Source: Myxococcota bacterium (lineage in GTDB: Bacteria > Myxococcota_A > UBA796 > UBA2385). From it: 64,000 nucleotides of DNA. The position numbers and the translations under genes are program-made. The stretch lies in NCBI GenBank assembly GCA_044344255.1, contig JBIJDH010000004.1, positions 64,001-128,000 on the forward strand, read 5' to 3'. Position 1 is the stretch's first letter. Each line of letters opens with the position of its first letter. The notes beneath the pieces are model-generated. The model was given only the letters and a program-made list of their open reading frames with translations. It was not told the DNA's origin and did not search any database. Shown here piece by piece: positions 36,891-46,653 of this stretch.

Positions 36891-37984
36891 CAGCGGATCT
36901 CGTATTCGAAGGTCTGGCGTTGGTTGCGCCGGGTGATCTCGAAGTTGAAACTCTTCTCGTTCTGCAGCGAGTTGAAGGCTTCCATCCCGGCCGACATGCT
37001 GGTGAGGGTCTTGCCGTTCACCGCGTGGACCACGTCGCCATTCTTCACGCCGAGCTTGCCGAAGACGGACTTCTTGCGGATACCGCTGAGGCGATAGCCG
37101 TCGATCTCGCCGCTGGCGTCCTTGTGGGGGACGGCGCGGATCTGGGAGTAGAGCTTCTCGGGGTTGGCCAGCATCTCGTCGATGAGCGCCTGCTCGATGA
37201 CGAAGTGGGTGTCGTCGGCCTTGGAGACACCCGCGGTCTCCGTCTCGCCGCCGGCCGCCTCTCCGGCGGCCACGACCTTGTCGGGGTCCATCGCGAGGTA
37301 CTCGATGTCACCGTCGGAGCGACGGATGTAGACCTTCCGCTGCTCGATGCGGATGATCTTGGCCTCTCCGAGGAGGTCGTCGTCGATGCCGTAGCCCTGG
37401 GCGCCCGCTCGGCCGGACTTCTCTTCGGTGATGAGGGCCGAAGAGTACTCCGCGGGCTCGGTGACCACCGTGGCGAGCAGCACGACCTTGAGGTCGGTCT
37501 TGTGCTCTCCGCCGCTGATCTCGTCACCCTCGACCGCGGCCATACCAACCCGCGAGGAGTCGAAGATGTTGCGCGCGAGGATGGGCTCGACGTAGGCCGA
37601 CTTGCTCCCCGCCGCGGGAGGCCCGCCGGGGAAGGGCCGGCTGCGGTTGGTGGAAGGGGCGAGGATGTCCGAGCCGCCGAGGCCCTCGGTCGAGGAGGGG
37701 TCGTCGGGGCCTCCCGCGGGCAGGGGCCCGCCTTCGGGGGGGCCGCCGGCAGCCACGTCGTTCGATGGCTTACCGAGCCCCCGGTTCCCGGGGGTTGGCT
37801 TGGTTCTGGGCGTCGCGGGGGCGGCCTCCTGGACGTCGAGGGCGACCAGCGAGGCGCCCTCCGGCAACGCCAAGTAGTGGCCCCCCACGCGCGCCACGCC
37901 CATCGAGCCCAACCAGGAGGTCACGCCGACCCCCAGGAAGAGTCCGGCGATGGTCCAACGCTTTCGGGTGAGCGCATCAGCCAT
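36890..37984 (-). CDS. gspC: Type II secretion protein GspC with C-terminal PDZ domain
   Basis: N-terminal TM; ILARNIFDS; HR domain; PDZ (GYRLSGIRKKSVFGKLGVKNGDVVHAVNG); GGAG SD. Confidence 0.9.
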   Translation of the reverse strand: MADALTRKRWTIAGLFLGVGVTSWLGSMGVARVGGHYLALPEGASLVALDVQEAAPATPRTKPTPGNRGLGKPSNDVAAGGPPEGGPLPAGGPDDPSSTEGLGGSDILAPSTNRSRPFPGGPPAAGSKSAYVEPILARNIFDSSRVGMAAVEGDEISGGEHKTDLKVVLLATVVTEPAEYSSALITEEKSGRAGAQGYGIDDDLLGEAKIIRIEQRKVYIRRSDGDIEYLAMDPDKVVAAGEAAGGETETAGVSKADDTHFVIEQALIDEMLANPEKLYSQIRAVPHKDASGEIDGYRLSGIRKKSVFGKLGVKNGDVVHAVNGKTLTSMSAGMEAFNSLQNEKSFNFEITRRNQRQTFEYEIR

Positions 37985-38153
37985 GGTGGCTCCATGCGGT
38001 TCGCGCTGGGCGGGGCGATCGCAGGGGAGGGTGTCTAAGGTGGGTGGTCTTCATGGTCGGCGGGGCCCGTAGCTTCGTTTTCGCGGTCGCGCATCCACCG
38101 CGGACCTCCCCGGGGGGCGCGCAGCGACGGGCTGATGGTGCGGGGGATAACAA

Positions 38154-38169
38154 TGCAAGATGCGTGCCG
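38154..38169 (-). promoter_or_regulatory. Sigma-54 (-24/-12) promoter for the gsp operon
   Basis: Minus strand CGGCACG-CATC-TTGCA versus consensus TGGCACG-N4-TTGCW, with exact GG-N10-GC spacing, about 170 bp upstream of gspC. Confidence 0.72.
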
Positions 38170-38212
38170 TTCGGGTCGGGCCCTCGACGACGACGTGCGG
38201 ACGGGGCGTTGT

Positions 38213-38225
38213 TGACAGACTGTCA
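38213..38225. promoter_or_regulatory. Palindrome, candidate enhancer-binding-protein or other operator site
   Basis: TGACAG-A-CTGTCA perfect inverted repeat centred about -76 from the predicted sigma-54 start site. Confidence 0.4.
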
Positions 38226-38397
38226 GAGGCTCATCGCGGCCTCGCCCCCCAAGGGACAGCCTGACCGTGACTCCGCGCTGGTCGGCGTCCGACGGCCGCG
38301 CTATGCAATGGGCCCGTTCGGCCCAGCTCGTCTTTCCCGTGTGCCTCTGCGCGCCCCCCGCGCAGCCGCTGGGCAAGGAGGGGCGGGAGGAGTCAAA

Positions 38398-39927
38398 GTG
38401 GCGACGCGCACGTGCACCGTCGTTTTCACGGATCTGGCCAATTACACGGCCTCCGTGGGGCGCTCCGATCGCGAGGGCCTGCGAAACCTCATCGCCATGC
38501 ACGAGAAGTTGGTCGCGCCGGTCCTGGAGCGCTTCGGCGGCCGTATCGTCAAGAACCTCGGCGACTCCTACATGGCCCTCTTCCCGGCGGCCACCGACGC
38601 AGTGCGGTCCTCGGTCGAGCTGGTCGATACCATCCCGAACAAGGGGACGGGCCTCTCGATCCGCGCGGCGATGGCCACGGGTGACGTGGAGGTCATCGAC
38701 GGTGACGCCTTCGGTGAGGCGGTCAACCTCGCGGCGCGTCTGCTGTCTCGCACGCCCGACGCCGAGATCTGGATGTCGGCGGCCACCCACCTGTGCATGA
38801 ACCTCGCCGAGATCGCCTGGGAGCCGGTGGGGCGGCACACCCTGAAGGGCATCGCGAGCGAGGTCGAGGTCTTCCGCGCCGTCACGGCCACCCGCGCGAT
38901 GCTCCCTGAGCCCGTGTCAGAGGCCGTCCGCACCGGTCGGCTCGTGCGCATCCAGCGGGGGGATCCGCTCCCTGCGCTGCCTCCGCGGCCGATTATCCTC
39001 CTCGAAGGATTTGTCCCGGCGAGCCCCCCGCTCCGAGATGTCGTAGACCGCCTGCCGGTGGTAGACCCCGCGAGCCTCTGGCTGGCCGCCTACAACATCC
39101 CGCCCGGTGACCGTATCGAGTGGCAGAAGGCGGGCCGCGGGCTGGTCATCGGACAGCCCGCCGGCATTGATCGCGCCATCCTCGAGACGGCCCGTCCCCG
39201 CGCCACCGCGGGCACCGACACCATCATCCTCGATGGCAACTCGTCCTTCGCGGGCGAGATCATGATGGCGGGCCTCGCGCTGCCCTCGGTGCCGATGAGC
39301 GAGGTGGTGGCCGGCTACACCTACGACCTCCTCTCGGATGGGCGCTGGGTGAACCGCAGCGACAGCTCGGTCGCCCGTGTCGATGTCTCCACCGACACCG
39401 TGGCCCTCACGATGCTCGCGCCGGGGGTGACCCTCGCAGGCCGCCAGATGAGCCCGGGCAAGCCTGTGATCCTCGAAGATGGAGACCGCATCTCCATCGG
39501 CAGCGGCCTCATCACCTATCGCGCGCTCCACCAGAAGGGGTACGCGGGCCTGCTCATCTCCGACTCCCTCGCCCGGCTCGGCGTGATGGCCGGTCAGCAG
39601 GCCGAGGTGGGTCGGGAGCCCAACTACCCCGGCCTCGCCCTCCCAGACCGCCGTGGCCAGGACAACGTTCGGTGGTGTGTGGGCGCGAGGGCGGCGCGAG
39701 CCAGAGAGAGCGGCTTTACCCTCGATCGGGCCCTCGCCGGTCGCCGCCATTGTGCCTTCTGCGCCGGCCCGGGAGGGGTCTCCGTGGTGAGCCTCCACGA
39801 GCGGTGCCACACCTATGTCTTGGCCGATGGGCGCTTGGACATCGTGGCCTCCTCCCGGCCGGTCGAGCCGGGAGACCTCATCATCGCCGGCACCAGCGTC
39901 ATCGAGCTGCTCGAACCCGCGAACTGA
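38398..39927 (+). CDS. Class III adenylate cyclase domain protein with C-terminal FHA-like domains
   Basis: VVFTDLANYT, IVKNLGDS, GDAFGEAVNLAARL, LKGI; FHA-like segments ILEDGDRISIG and VGRE...GRRHC...VEPGDLIIAG. GGAG SD plus GTG at 38398. Confidence 0.82.
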   Translation: MATRTCTVVFTDLANYTASVGRSDREGLRNLIAMHEKLVAPVLERFGGRIVKNLGDSYMALFPAATDAVRSSVELVDTIPNKGTGLSIRAAMATGDVEVIDGDAFGEAVNLAARLLSRTPDAEIWMSAATHLCMNLAEIAWEPVGRHTLKGIASEVEVFRAVTATRAMLPEPVSEAVRTGRLVRIQRGDPLPALPPRPIILLEGFVPASPPLRDVVDRLPVVDPASLWLAAYNIPPGDRIEWQKAGRGLVIGQPAGIDRAILETARPRATAGTDTIILDGNSSFAGEIMMAGLALPSVPMSEVVAGYTYDLLSDGRWVNRSDSSVARVDVSTDTVALTMLAPGVTLAGRQMSPGKPVILEDGDRISIGSGLITYRALHQKGYAGLLISDSLARLGVMAGQQAEVGREPNYPGLALPDRRGQDNVRWCVGARAARARESGFTLDRALAGRRHCAFCAGPGGVSVVSLHERCHTYVLADGRLDIVASSRPVEPGDLIIAGTSVIELLEPAN

Positions 39928-39943
39928 GCGACCGACGCGGCGC

Positions 39944-41266
39944 TCAGCCCCGGACCGCCATCTCCCGAAGGGCGTCGGAGGGGAGCACGGGCCAGACGGC
40001 GCTGTTGTTGCGCACGGCCTGGGGGAGGCGCGCGAGCTGTGCGGCCGCCGAGGCCCGCACCTCCGTTAAGGCCGGGGCGGCGCGGAGGCGCGCTCCGTCT
40101 CGCACCACGGGCTGGAGCAGCAGCCTCCCGCCGCGTCCCTCGACCGCGCGCCCCTCGACCTCGAGGCAGAGCTCGTCGTGGTCGGCGAAGCGCGCGAGCT
40201 GCTTCCGGCCCGGCCAGGGGGAGGACCAGTGGCTGGTCACCGGGGTCGGATCGGGGCCTCGGGTCAGCTCGCTGATGCGGTAGGAGAGGCTCGGAGACGC
40301 GGCGCGGCCCCCGGAGGCGAGCGCGCTGCCCACGCCGTAGAGGTCGATCGGCGCGCCATCTCGGACGAGCTTGGACACCACGGCCTCGTCGAGGCTCCCG
40401 CTGCCGAGGATGCGCACGTGCTTCATCGCGTGGCGATCGAGGGAGCGGCGGAGCTCGCGGCTGGCCACGGCGAGGTCGCGGTGATCGAGGCGGACGGTGC
40501 GGAGGCTCGCGGCGATGGAGGCGAGCTCCGCCACCCCCTCGTGGGTGTCCTCGCCGGGCAGGTTGACGTGCCCGCAGTCTGGGAAGTGGAGGTGGAAGGC
40601 GTCGTAGGCGTCCGCGCTCTGGTCGTAGGCCGCGAGCATGGAGTCGGACATCACCACCCAGGGGGGGATGCCGAGCTGGCTGGCGGCGAGGGCGTTGGTG
40701 GTGGCCGCGCAGCCGCCGATCCAGGCCCCCCGCGCGGAGTGCCAGGCCGCCTCGGCCCCGGTGCAACGCCGGCTCCCGAAGTCAAGCACCGGCCGGCCCC
40801 CGGCCGCCTGAACGAGGCGGGCGGCCCGCGTGGCGACCCCGCAGGTCACGGTGAGGGTTTGAACGAGGCGGGTCTCGATGAGGCCGACGTGGACGAGGGG
40901 CGCGGTCACCCGGATCAAGGGCTCGCCGGGGAAGGCGGGGGTGCCCTCGGCCAGGGCGGAGATCTCCCCGTGAAAGCGGAAGTTACGCAGGCTGTCGAAG
41001 AAGCTCTGGCTCGTGCGGCTGAAGGCCGGCTGGGCGCGGAGCCAGCGGAGCTCCTCGTCGGTGAAGCGCATGGCCAGCACGGCGTCGATCGCCGGCTCGA
41101 TGCCGGCCGCGAGCATCCAGGACCAGGTGGGCGGGAGGTCCTTGACGTACAGGTCGAAGGTCGCCTCGCCCCACAGGCCGTCGGCGTGGTACACCGCCGC
41201 CTGGATGAGCTGGTAGAACTCGGTCTGTAGGCCGGTGCTTTCGGGCATGAACAACGGCGCGGGCAT
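39944..41266 (-). CDS. Nicotinate phosphoribosyltransferase (PncB) homologue with substituted catalytic motifs
   Basis: Full-length fold motifs EGTPAFPGEP, DFGSRR, VRLD, SGSLDE, YGVG, PGRKQ are present, but GTMAHS reads VVMSDS and VDTYD reads LPGED. ATG at 41266. Confidence 0.8.
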   Translation of the reverse strand: MPAPLFMPESTGLQTEFYQLIQAAVYHADGLWGEATFDLYVKDLPPTWSWMLAAGIEPAIDAVLAMRFTDEELRWLRAQPAFSRTSQSFFDSLRNFRFHGEISALAEGTPAFPGEPLIRVTAPLVHVGLIETRLVQTLTVTCGVATRAARLVQAAGGRPVLDFGSRRCTGAEAAWHSARGAWIGGCAATTNALAASQLGIPPWVVMSDSMLAAYDQSADAYDAFHLHFPDCGHVNLPGEDTHEGVAELASIAASLRTVRLDHRDLAVASRELRRSLDRHAMKHVRILGSGSLDEAVVSKLVRDGAPIDLYGVGSALASGGRAASPSLSYRISELTRGPDPTPVTSHWSSPWPGRKQLARFADHDELCLEVEGRAVEGRGGRLLLQPVVRDGARLRAAPALTEVRASAAAQLARLPQAVRNNSAVWPVLPSDALREMAVRG

Positions 41267-41271
41267 GCCCC

Positions 41272-41277
41272 ATCCTA
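41272..41277 (-). promoter_or_regulatory. Candidate -10 element of a leaderless promoter
   Basis: TAGGAT on the minus strand 5 nt before ATG 41266; no SD. Confidence 0.45.
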
Positions 41278-41407
41278 CCGCGAAGGGTCCCCGGCGGCAC
41301 GGAGTGGGCTGACCTGGGCGTGGAGAGGCCCGCCTCCATCCGGAGCCGGGCTCCCGAGCGGCGCCAGAAGCGGCTACGGGGGTCCGACCGGAGCGTGGGG
41401 GGCGGGT

Positions 41408-42382
41408 GTGACATCGGCACGGCAAGAGCCCGCGAAGATCCAGCCGACCACCCATGTGGCCGGGAGCGGCGTGCCCATCCCCGTCCTGTCGGTGGTGGCC
41501 AAGGTGGCGGGCCCCGCGGTGGTGGTGAGCGCGAACCTGCACGGTGACGAGTGCACCGGCATCGGCGTCGTCCACGCCCTGGCGCGCCTCCTGCCCACGC
41601 GGCTTCTCCGCGGCTCGGTCTACCTCTACCCGAGCCTCAACCCGCAGGGCCTGATCGAGGGCACCCGGCGCCTCCCCGATGATGCCACGGATCCGAACCG
41701 GGCCTTCCCCGGCAACGCCCGCGGCACGCCCGCCGAGCGTCACGCGGCGCGGGTGTGGGCCGACGTCATCAGCCGGCGCCCCGAGCTCGTGTTGGACCTG
41801 CACACCGACACGGGCGGCGCGATCCCCTACGCGATCCTCGATCGCGTGGTGCGCGGCCCGCCCGGTCTCACCGAGGCCTGCCTTCGGTTTGCGGAGGCCT
41901 CCGGGCTCACGGTCCTGCGTGAGTATCCGAAGGACCGCTACCTGCGCTTTGATCTGGATCGCAGCCTCCCGGGCGCCCTGGTCAACGGTCCAGGGGTCCC
42001 CGCGGTCACCCTCGAGGTAGGCCCGCGGAGGCGAATTGACCGCGGCGCCGTTGAGGACGCCCTCCAGGCCGTGCTCGGCGTCCTCACCGCGCTCGGCCTC
42101 TGCGTCGCGCCGGCCCCCCAGCACGCGACCTTTCAGGGGGGAGGGCCCTGGAGACGGGAGAGCGGCCCCCGGACCACCCGGACCGGCTTGCTGGTCCCGC
42201 TCGTGGTCGGCGGGGAGCGCTTCGAGGCGGGCACGCTGCTCGCCGAGGTGAGGGCCCTCGATGGAGAGGTGCGGGAGCGCCTCGTGGCGCGCTCGCCGGG
42301 CTTCGTGATCGCGCTGCCGGAGGTGGCCCATGTCGCGATCGGCACCTCCTGCGCCACCGTCGCCATCCCCGACGAGGGCTGA
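41408..42382 (+). CDS. Succinylglutamate desuccinylase/aspartoacylase family (M14) protein
   Basis: NLHGDE Zn motif, DPNRAFPG, LDLHT, VTLEVG; C-terminal barrel-sandwich domain. Confidence 0.85.
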   Translation: MTSARQEPAKIQPTTHVAGSGVPIPVLSVVAKVAGPAVVVSANLHGDECTGIGVVHALARLLPTRLLRGSVYLYPSLNPQGLIEGTRRLPDDATDPNRAFPGNARGTPAERHAARVWADVISRRPELVLDLHTDTGGAIPYAILDRVVRGPPGLTEACLRFAEASGLTVLREYPKDRYLRFDLDRSLPGALVNGPGVPAVTLEVGPRRRIDRGAVEDALQAVLGVLTALGLCVAPAPQHATFQGGGPWRRESGPRTTRTGLLVPLVVGGERFEAGTLLAEVRALDGEVRERLVARSPGFVIALPEVAHVAIGTSCATVAIPDEG

Positions 42383-42403
42383 GCGCCCGCCGGAGCCTCC
42401 GGT

Positions 42404-44215
42404 TCACCGCGGCGGCAGGCGCATCCGCGGCGGCTTGGCTGCGCTCGCAGGCTCCGGGGGCTCGATCTCAGGGAGCTGTACGGGGCCTCCAATGGGGTGG
42501 AGGGCCCAGGCGGCCCCCCGCGCCTCCTCCCGATCGGCCGGGCCGAGGACGGACTCGAGGAGGGCCCTGAAGGCGGCGGTCCAGGGGCCCTCGCGGCCGG
42601 GTCGGAACAGGGAGGGGTCCACCACCACCCAGCGAAAGCCGACGTCGAGCAAGGCCTGCAGGTCCGCGGGCTCGACCCGACCCGATGGGCGCCCCCCCTG
42701 GCTGAGGGTGGCGAGGGCGGAGAGCAGCCCGTTCCCGGCGATGAAAGCGTCGTAGCCGGCGGGGCGGTGGCTGGCGATGTGGTCGCCCAGGCCGCCCGAG
42801 ATCGGCCGGCCGTGCAGCACCTGGAGGTAGAGCGCGTGTCGCCCGTCGGCTGAGGTGCCGGTCACCGGGGTGGTGATCAAGGCGCCTTCGAGGCCCGCGT
42901 AGAGGGCGGGCCGGTGCTCCCGAGGCCGCGTGGCGGGCAGCGGGCTGTAGGGGTTGCGGAGGCCGACCTCGGCGAAGAGCAGCACCAGCAGCGGCAGGGC
43001 GACCCAGCGTCCAGGGCGACCGAGGCGCGCGGCCAGCCCCTCGACCCCGGCCGCTGAGAGCACGGCGAGGGCCGCGAGCACGAGCGGCATCGCGCGGGTG
43101 GGCCACCACAGCCGGTCGAAGAGGGGCAGGTGGTCGAAGAGCAGGCGGTAGGGGAGGGGAGGGCCCATCAGGTCGCCCCGCCCGTCGCGGAGGTAGGGGC
43201 CGAGCAGCAGCCCCCAGCCGATGAGGCCGACCAGCAGCCAGCGCTTGAGCGGCGACGGGCCGCGGCAACGGATGAGCAGACCGACCACGAGGGCGCTGAG
43301 GGCCGTGAGCGGGAGGCGGAGGTCGGAGGGATCGCCGTCCCCGCGCCAGAAGGGCCAGAGCGGCCAGCTCGACTGGTCGATCACCATGTTGAGCGAGAAG
43401 AGCCCACGGCCGGCCGTCCCGTGGTCCATCCAGGCCTCGGGCGGCCGATCGACCCCCGGGAGGGCGCTCCAGCCGAGGCTCAGCGAGAGCACGAAGGGTC
43501 CGCAGCAGGCGGCGGTGACCAGGGCTGCCTCGGCCAGCGGGGCCCAACGGGCGCGCGTGCGGGGCGCCGACAGCCAGGCCGGCAGCGCGCCGAAGAGGAG
43601 GAAGAGGCCGGAGAACCAGTAGGTTAGGGCGGTGGCGGCGACCAGCAGACCGGCCAGCGGCCCGGCGCCGCGCCCGCCATCGCGCCGCGAGAGGGCGTCG
43701 AGGGCGCCGAGCCCGAGGAAGAAGGGGGCGAGCATCGCCTGGGAGAGGCGGCCGTTCGTGACCTCCATCAACAGCCAGGCGCTCGTCTCGACCGCGAGGC
43801 CGCCCACGAGGGCCGCGCTCCAGCTCACCTGGGCGGCCCTTCGCGCGAGGGCGGCGGCCGCTGCGCCCGTGCTGCCGAGGATCAACACCGCGGCGAGGTT
43901 GTAACCCCGCACCGGACCGAGGAGGTGGATGAGGGGCCAGAAGAGGAAGGCGTCCAGGAGGTTGTACCAGCACAGCGGCGACTGGCCGACGGGCAGGTAG
44001 TTCGCTGCGGCGGTCGCGGGGTCCTGCCCCGTGAGCAGGGCCTCACCCACCCACCACCAGGCCCAGAGGGTGCCCGCCCAGTCGGGCTGCTCACCGCCGC
44101 CGATGAGGGTCTCTCCGTCGCCGATCCAGGCTGGGAAGGTGAGGGCGAAGGCGACGAAGAGCGCAGTGAGGCAGACCATGGCGGGGCCGAGCAGCCTGCC
44201 GCGCGCCCCGCTCAC
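42404..44215 (-). CDS. Polytopic membrane protein, possible GT-C-type glycosyltransferase
   Basis: About 11-12 TM segments, acidic first loop (GGEQPD), LWWPTR motif, soluble C-terminal domain; GTGA overlap with the priA stop. Confidence 0.55.
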   Translation of the reverse strand: MSGARGRLLGPAMVCLTALFVAFALTFPAWIGDGETLIGGGEQPDWAGTLWAWWWVGEALLTGQDPATAAANYLPVGQSPLCWYNLLDAFLFWPLIHLLGPVRGYNLAAVLILGSTGAAAAALARRAAQVSWSAALVGGLAVETSAWLLMEVTNGRLSQAMLAPFFLGLGALDALSRRDGGRGAGPLAGLLVAATALTYWFSGLFLLFGALPAWLSAPRTRARWAPLAEAALVTAACCGPFVLSLSLGWSALPGVDRPPEAWMDHGTAGRGLFSLNMVIDQSSWPLWPFWRGDGDPSDLRLPLTALSALVVGLLIRCRGPSPLKRWLLVGLIGWGLLLGPYLRDGRGDLMGPPLPYRLLFDHLPLFDRLWWPTRAMPLVLAALAVLSAAGVEGLAARLGRPGRWVALPLLVLLFAEVGLRNPYSPLPATRPREHRPALYAGLEGALITTPVTGTSADGRHALYLQVLHGRPISGGLGDHIASHRPAGYDAFIAGNGLLSALATLSQGGRPSGRVEPADLQALLDVGFRWVVVDPSLFRPGREGPWTAAFRALLESVLGPADREEARGAAWALHPIGGPVQLPEIEPPEPASAAKPPRMRLPPR

Positions 44216-46653
44216 AGCAGGTTCCTGGGGTCTACGTCCACGATCAAGCGGCTGCCGGCGCGGACCCCCCGATCGAGCATGGGGCGGATCTCATGCAACC
44301 AACGCCGGAAACGAGCCGGATCTCGCCCGCGCAGCACGATCTGGAAGCGCCAGCGGCCGACGAGGCGGGGCAGCGGCGCCGCCACGGGGCCGAGCACAGA
44401 GAGGTCGCGGCCCTGGGAGGCCGCCGAGCGACGCAGCGCCTGGCCGAGCTCGGTGGCCCGGGCCTGGGTCTGTTCACGGTCCACCCCCTCGAAGCGCAGC
44501 AGCACGAGCCGCGCGAAGGGCGGGTAGCCGAGCACCCGCCGGATGCGCGCCTCCTCCGTGTAGAAGGCGGCCGTCTCGTCGGGGGCCTCGGGGTCGTGAT
44601 CTCCGGCGAGGCGCTGGAACACGAAATGATCGGGGTGGCGGGTCTGCACGAGCACCCGCCCCGGCACGTCGCCGCGGCCGGCCCGCCCGGCGAGCTGGGT
44701 GACGAGGGCATAGGTGCGCTCCGCGCTCCGGAAGTCGGGCAACATGAGCAGGTGGTCGACGCCGACGACGGCGGCCACGTGTACGTCGGGGAAGTCGTGC
44801 CCCTTGGCGACGAGCTGGGTCCCGACGAGCAGGCGTGCCTCCCCGCGGCGGAAGGTCTCGAGGATGGCGTGGTGGGAGCCGCGGGCCCCGGTGGTGTCGG
44901 CGTCCATGCGCACCACCCCGACGTCGGGGAAGGCAGCGCGCAGGGCCTCCTCGATCCGCTCCGTGCCATGGCCGAGCAGCGAGAGGGCGCCGCCGCAGGT
45001 GCCGCAGGCATCGGGGAGGGGGAGGAAGAAGCCACAGTAGTGGCAGGTCAGGCGTCGCTTCTCCCGGTGGGAGACGAGGCTCGTGCCACAGGAGGGGCAG
45101 GTGTAATGCCCGCCGCAGGCCGCACACTCGAGCACCGGGGCGTAGCCGCGGCGGTTGTAGAGGACGATGGCCTTCCCCCCGGCCTGCAGGGCCTCCGTGA
45201 TCGAGTCCAGCAGGCGGGGGGCGAAGGGCTCGTCGGGCGGTCGGCCGCGCAGGTCGACGAGCTCAATGCGGGGCACCGGGCGAGGGGTGGCCCGCTCGGG
45301 GAGGGAGAGGCTGTGGTAACGACCGTCGCGGGCGTTCTGCCAGCTCTCGAGGCTCGGCGTGGCGCTGCCGAGCACCGCCGGGCAGCCCGCCTGATGGGCG
45401 CGGAGCACGGCGAGGTCTCGCGCGTGGTACCGCACCCCGTCGTCTTGTTTGTAGGAGTCGTCGTGCTCTTCGTCGACGATGATCAGGCCGAGGGCGTGGA
45501 AGGGGGCGAAGAGGCCGGAGCGGGCGCCGACCGCCACCGCCGCCTCTCCCGCCCGGATTCGGCGCCACTCCCGGAGGCGCTCGTTGACGCCGAGGCCGGA
45601 GTGCAGCACCGCGACGCGGTCACCGAAGCGGGCGCGGAAGCGGCCGCAGAGCTGCGGCGTGAGCGCGATCTCCGGCACCAGCACGAGCACCTGGCGGCCC
45701 CGCTCGAGCACCGCGGCGGCGGCCTGGAGGTAGACCTCGGTCTTGCCCGAGCCCGTCACACCATGAAGGAGGAAGCTCCCCTTCTCCGCGGCGAGTATGG
45801 CCCGGAGCGCCGTCGCCTGGGCGGCGTTGGGCGGCGGGGCCTCCTTCGCCCCCTGCGCTTCGCCCTCGACCACCGGATCCCGTGCCTCCCGCTCCCCCTT
45901 GATGACGAGGCCGCGGCCGACGAGGCGCGTCACGGCCTCGCGGGCCCCCTCTCCCTCCTGCTCGATGAGCGTGTGCAGGTCCAGCTCTCCGCCGGCCTCG
46001 CCGAGGCGAGCCAGGACGCCGCGCATCCGGGCGCCGGGGATCTCGGGGATCCCGTCGACCGGCCCCGTGAGGCGCACGGTGGTCACCATCTGGCGGGGGC
46101 CGCTCACCTCCTCCTCGACGGCGATGATCAGCCCGTGGCGCAGGTTGTGATCGAGGGCGCGATCGACCTCGGCCAGCTCGAGCTCGGCGGAGAGCGCGCG
46201 GGCGAGGCCCTGCCGGCTGCGCCCCGGATGCGCCACCACCTCGCGGAGGAGCGTGGTGCGCGGCCCCTCCTCGAGGCCAGCGTCGGCCAGCCACTCCATC
46301 GCCGCCGGGGCGGCCCGGTAGACACGCCGTGACTTCGCCCGGTAGGCGGCGGGCAAGGCGGTCGCGATGACCTCCCCCAGCCCGGCGAGGTAATAGTCCG
46401 CCGCCCAGCGGAGGAAATGGAGCTGCTCCCCGTTCAGCACCGGCTCGGCGTCGAGCAGGCGCAGCACGGGCTTGGTGGTCGGCACGTCGCTCTCGGCCGC
46501 GAGCTCCACCACCGTCCCCGCCATCTGGCGGCTCCCGAAGGGGACGAGCACGCTGTGGCCCACCTGGAGCTCCATCCCGGCGGGGACGGAGTAGGTGAAG
46601 AGCCCATCGACCGGGAGGGGCACCGCCACCCGGGCGAAGGCCGGCGGGCTCAC
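44212..46653 (-). CDS. priA: Primosomal protein N' (replication restart helicase)
   Basis: LHGVTGSGKTEVY, LVPEIALTPQ, IVDEEHD, GSATPS, NRRGY, four CxxC motifs, GTQLVAKGHDFP, QLAGRAGR. Confidence 0.97.
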   Translation of the reverse strand: MSPPAFARVAVPLPVDGLFTYSVPAGMELQVGHSVLVPFGSRQMAGTVVELAAESDVPTTKPVLRLLDAEPVLNGEQLHFLRWAADYYLAGLGEVIATALPAAYRAKSRRVYRAAPAAMEWLADAGLEEGPRTTLLREVVAHPGRSRQGLARALSAELELAEVDRALDHNLRHGLIIAVEEEVSGPRQMVTTVRLTGPVDGIPEIPGARMRGVLARLGEAGGELDLHTLIEQEGEGAREAVTRLVGRGLVIKGEREARDPVVEGEAQGAKEAPPPNAAQATALRAILAAEKGSFLLHGVTGSGKTEVYLQAAAAVLERGRQVLVLVPEIALTPQLCGRFRARFGDRVAVLHSGLGVNERLREWRRIRAGEAAVAVGARSGLFAPFHALGLIIVDEEHDDSYKQDDGVRYHARDLAVLRAHQAGCPAVLGSATPSLESWQNARDGRYHSLSLPERATPRPVPRIELVDLRGRPPDEPFAPRLLDSITEALQAGGKAIVLYNRRGYAPVLECAACGGHYTCPSCGTSLVSHREKRRLTCHYCGFFLPLPDACGTCGGALSLLGHGTERIEEALRAAFPDVGVVRMDADTTGARGSHHAILETFRRGEARLLVGTQLVAKGHDFPDVHVAAVVGVDHLLMLPDFRSAERTYALVTQLAGRAGRGDVPGRVLVQTRHPDHFVFQRLAGDHDPEAPDETAAFYTEEARIRRVLGYPPFARLVLLRFEGVDREQTQARATELGQALRRSAASQGRDLSVLGPVAAPLPRLVGRWRFQIVLRGRDPARFRRWLHEIRPMLDRGVRAGSRLIVDVDPRNLL

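Noticed and set aside
41267..42331. 795-aa version of the NAPRTase ORF
   Set aside because: The extension is antisense to the M14 deacylase gene; homology begins at ATG 41266.
38044..42382. Cyclase plus NAPRTase-like plus deacylase as a Pycsar-like or NAD-related anti-phage system
   Set aside because: The genes are in alternating orientations, the cyclase has ATP-type specificity residues, and there is no cNMP-binding, TIR or SIR2 effector.
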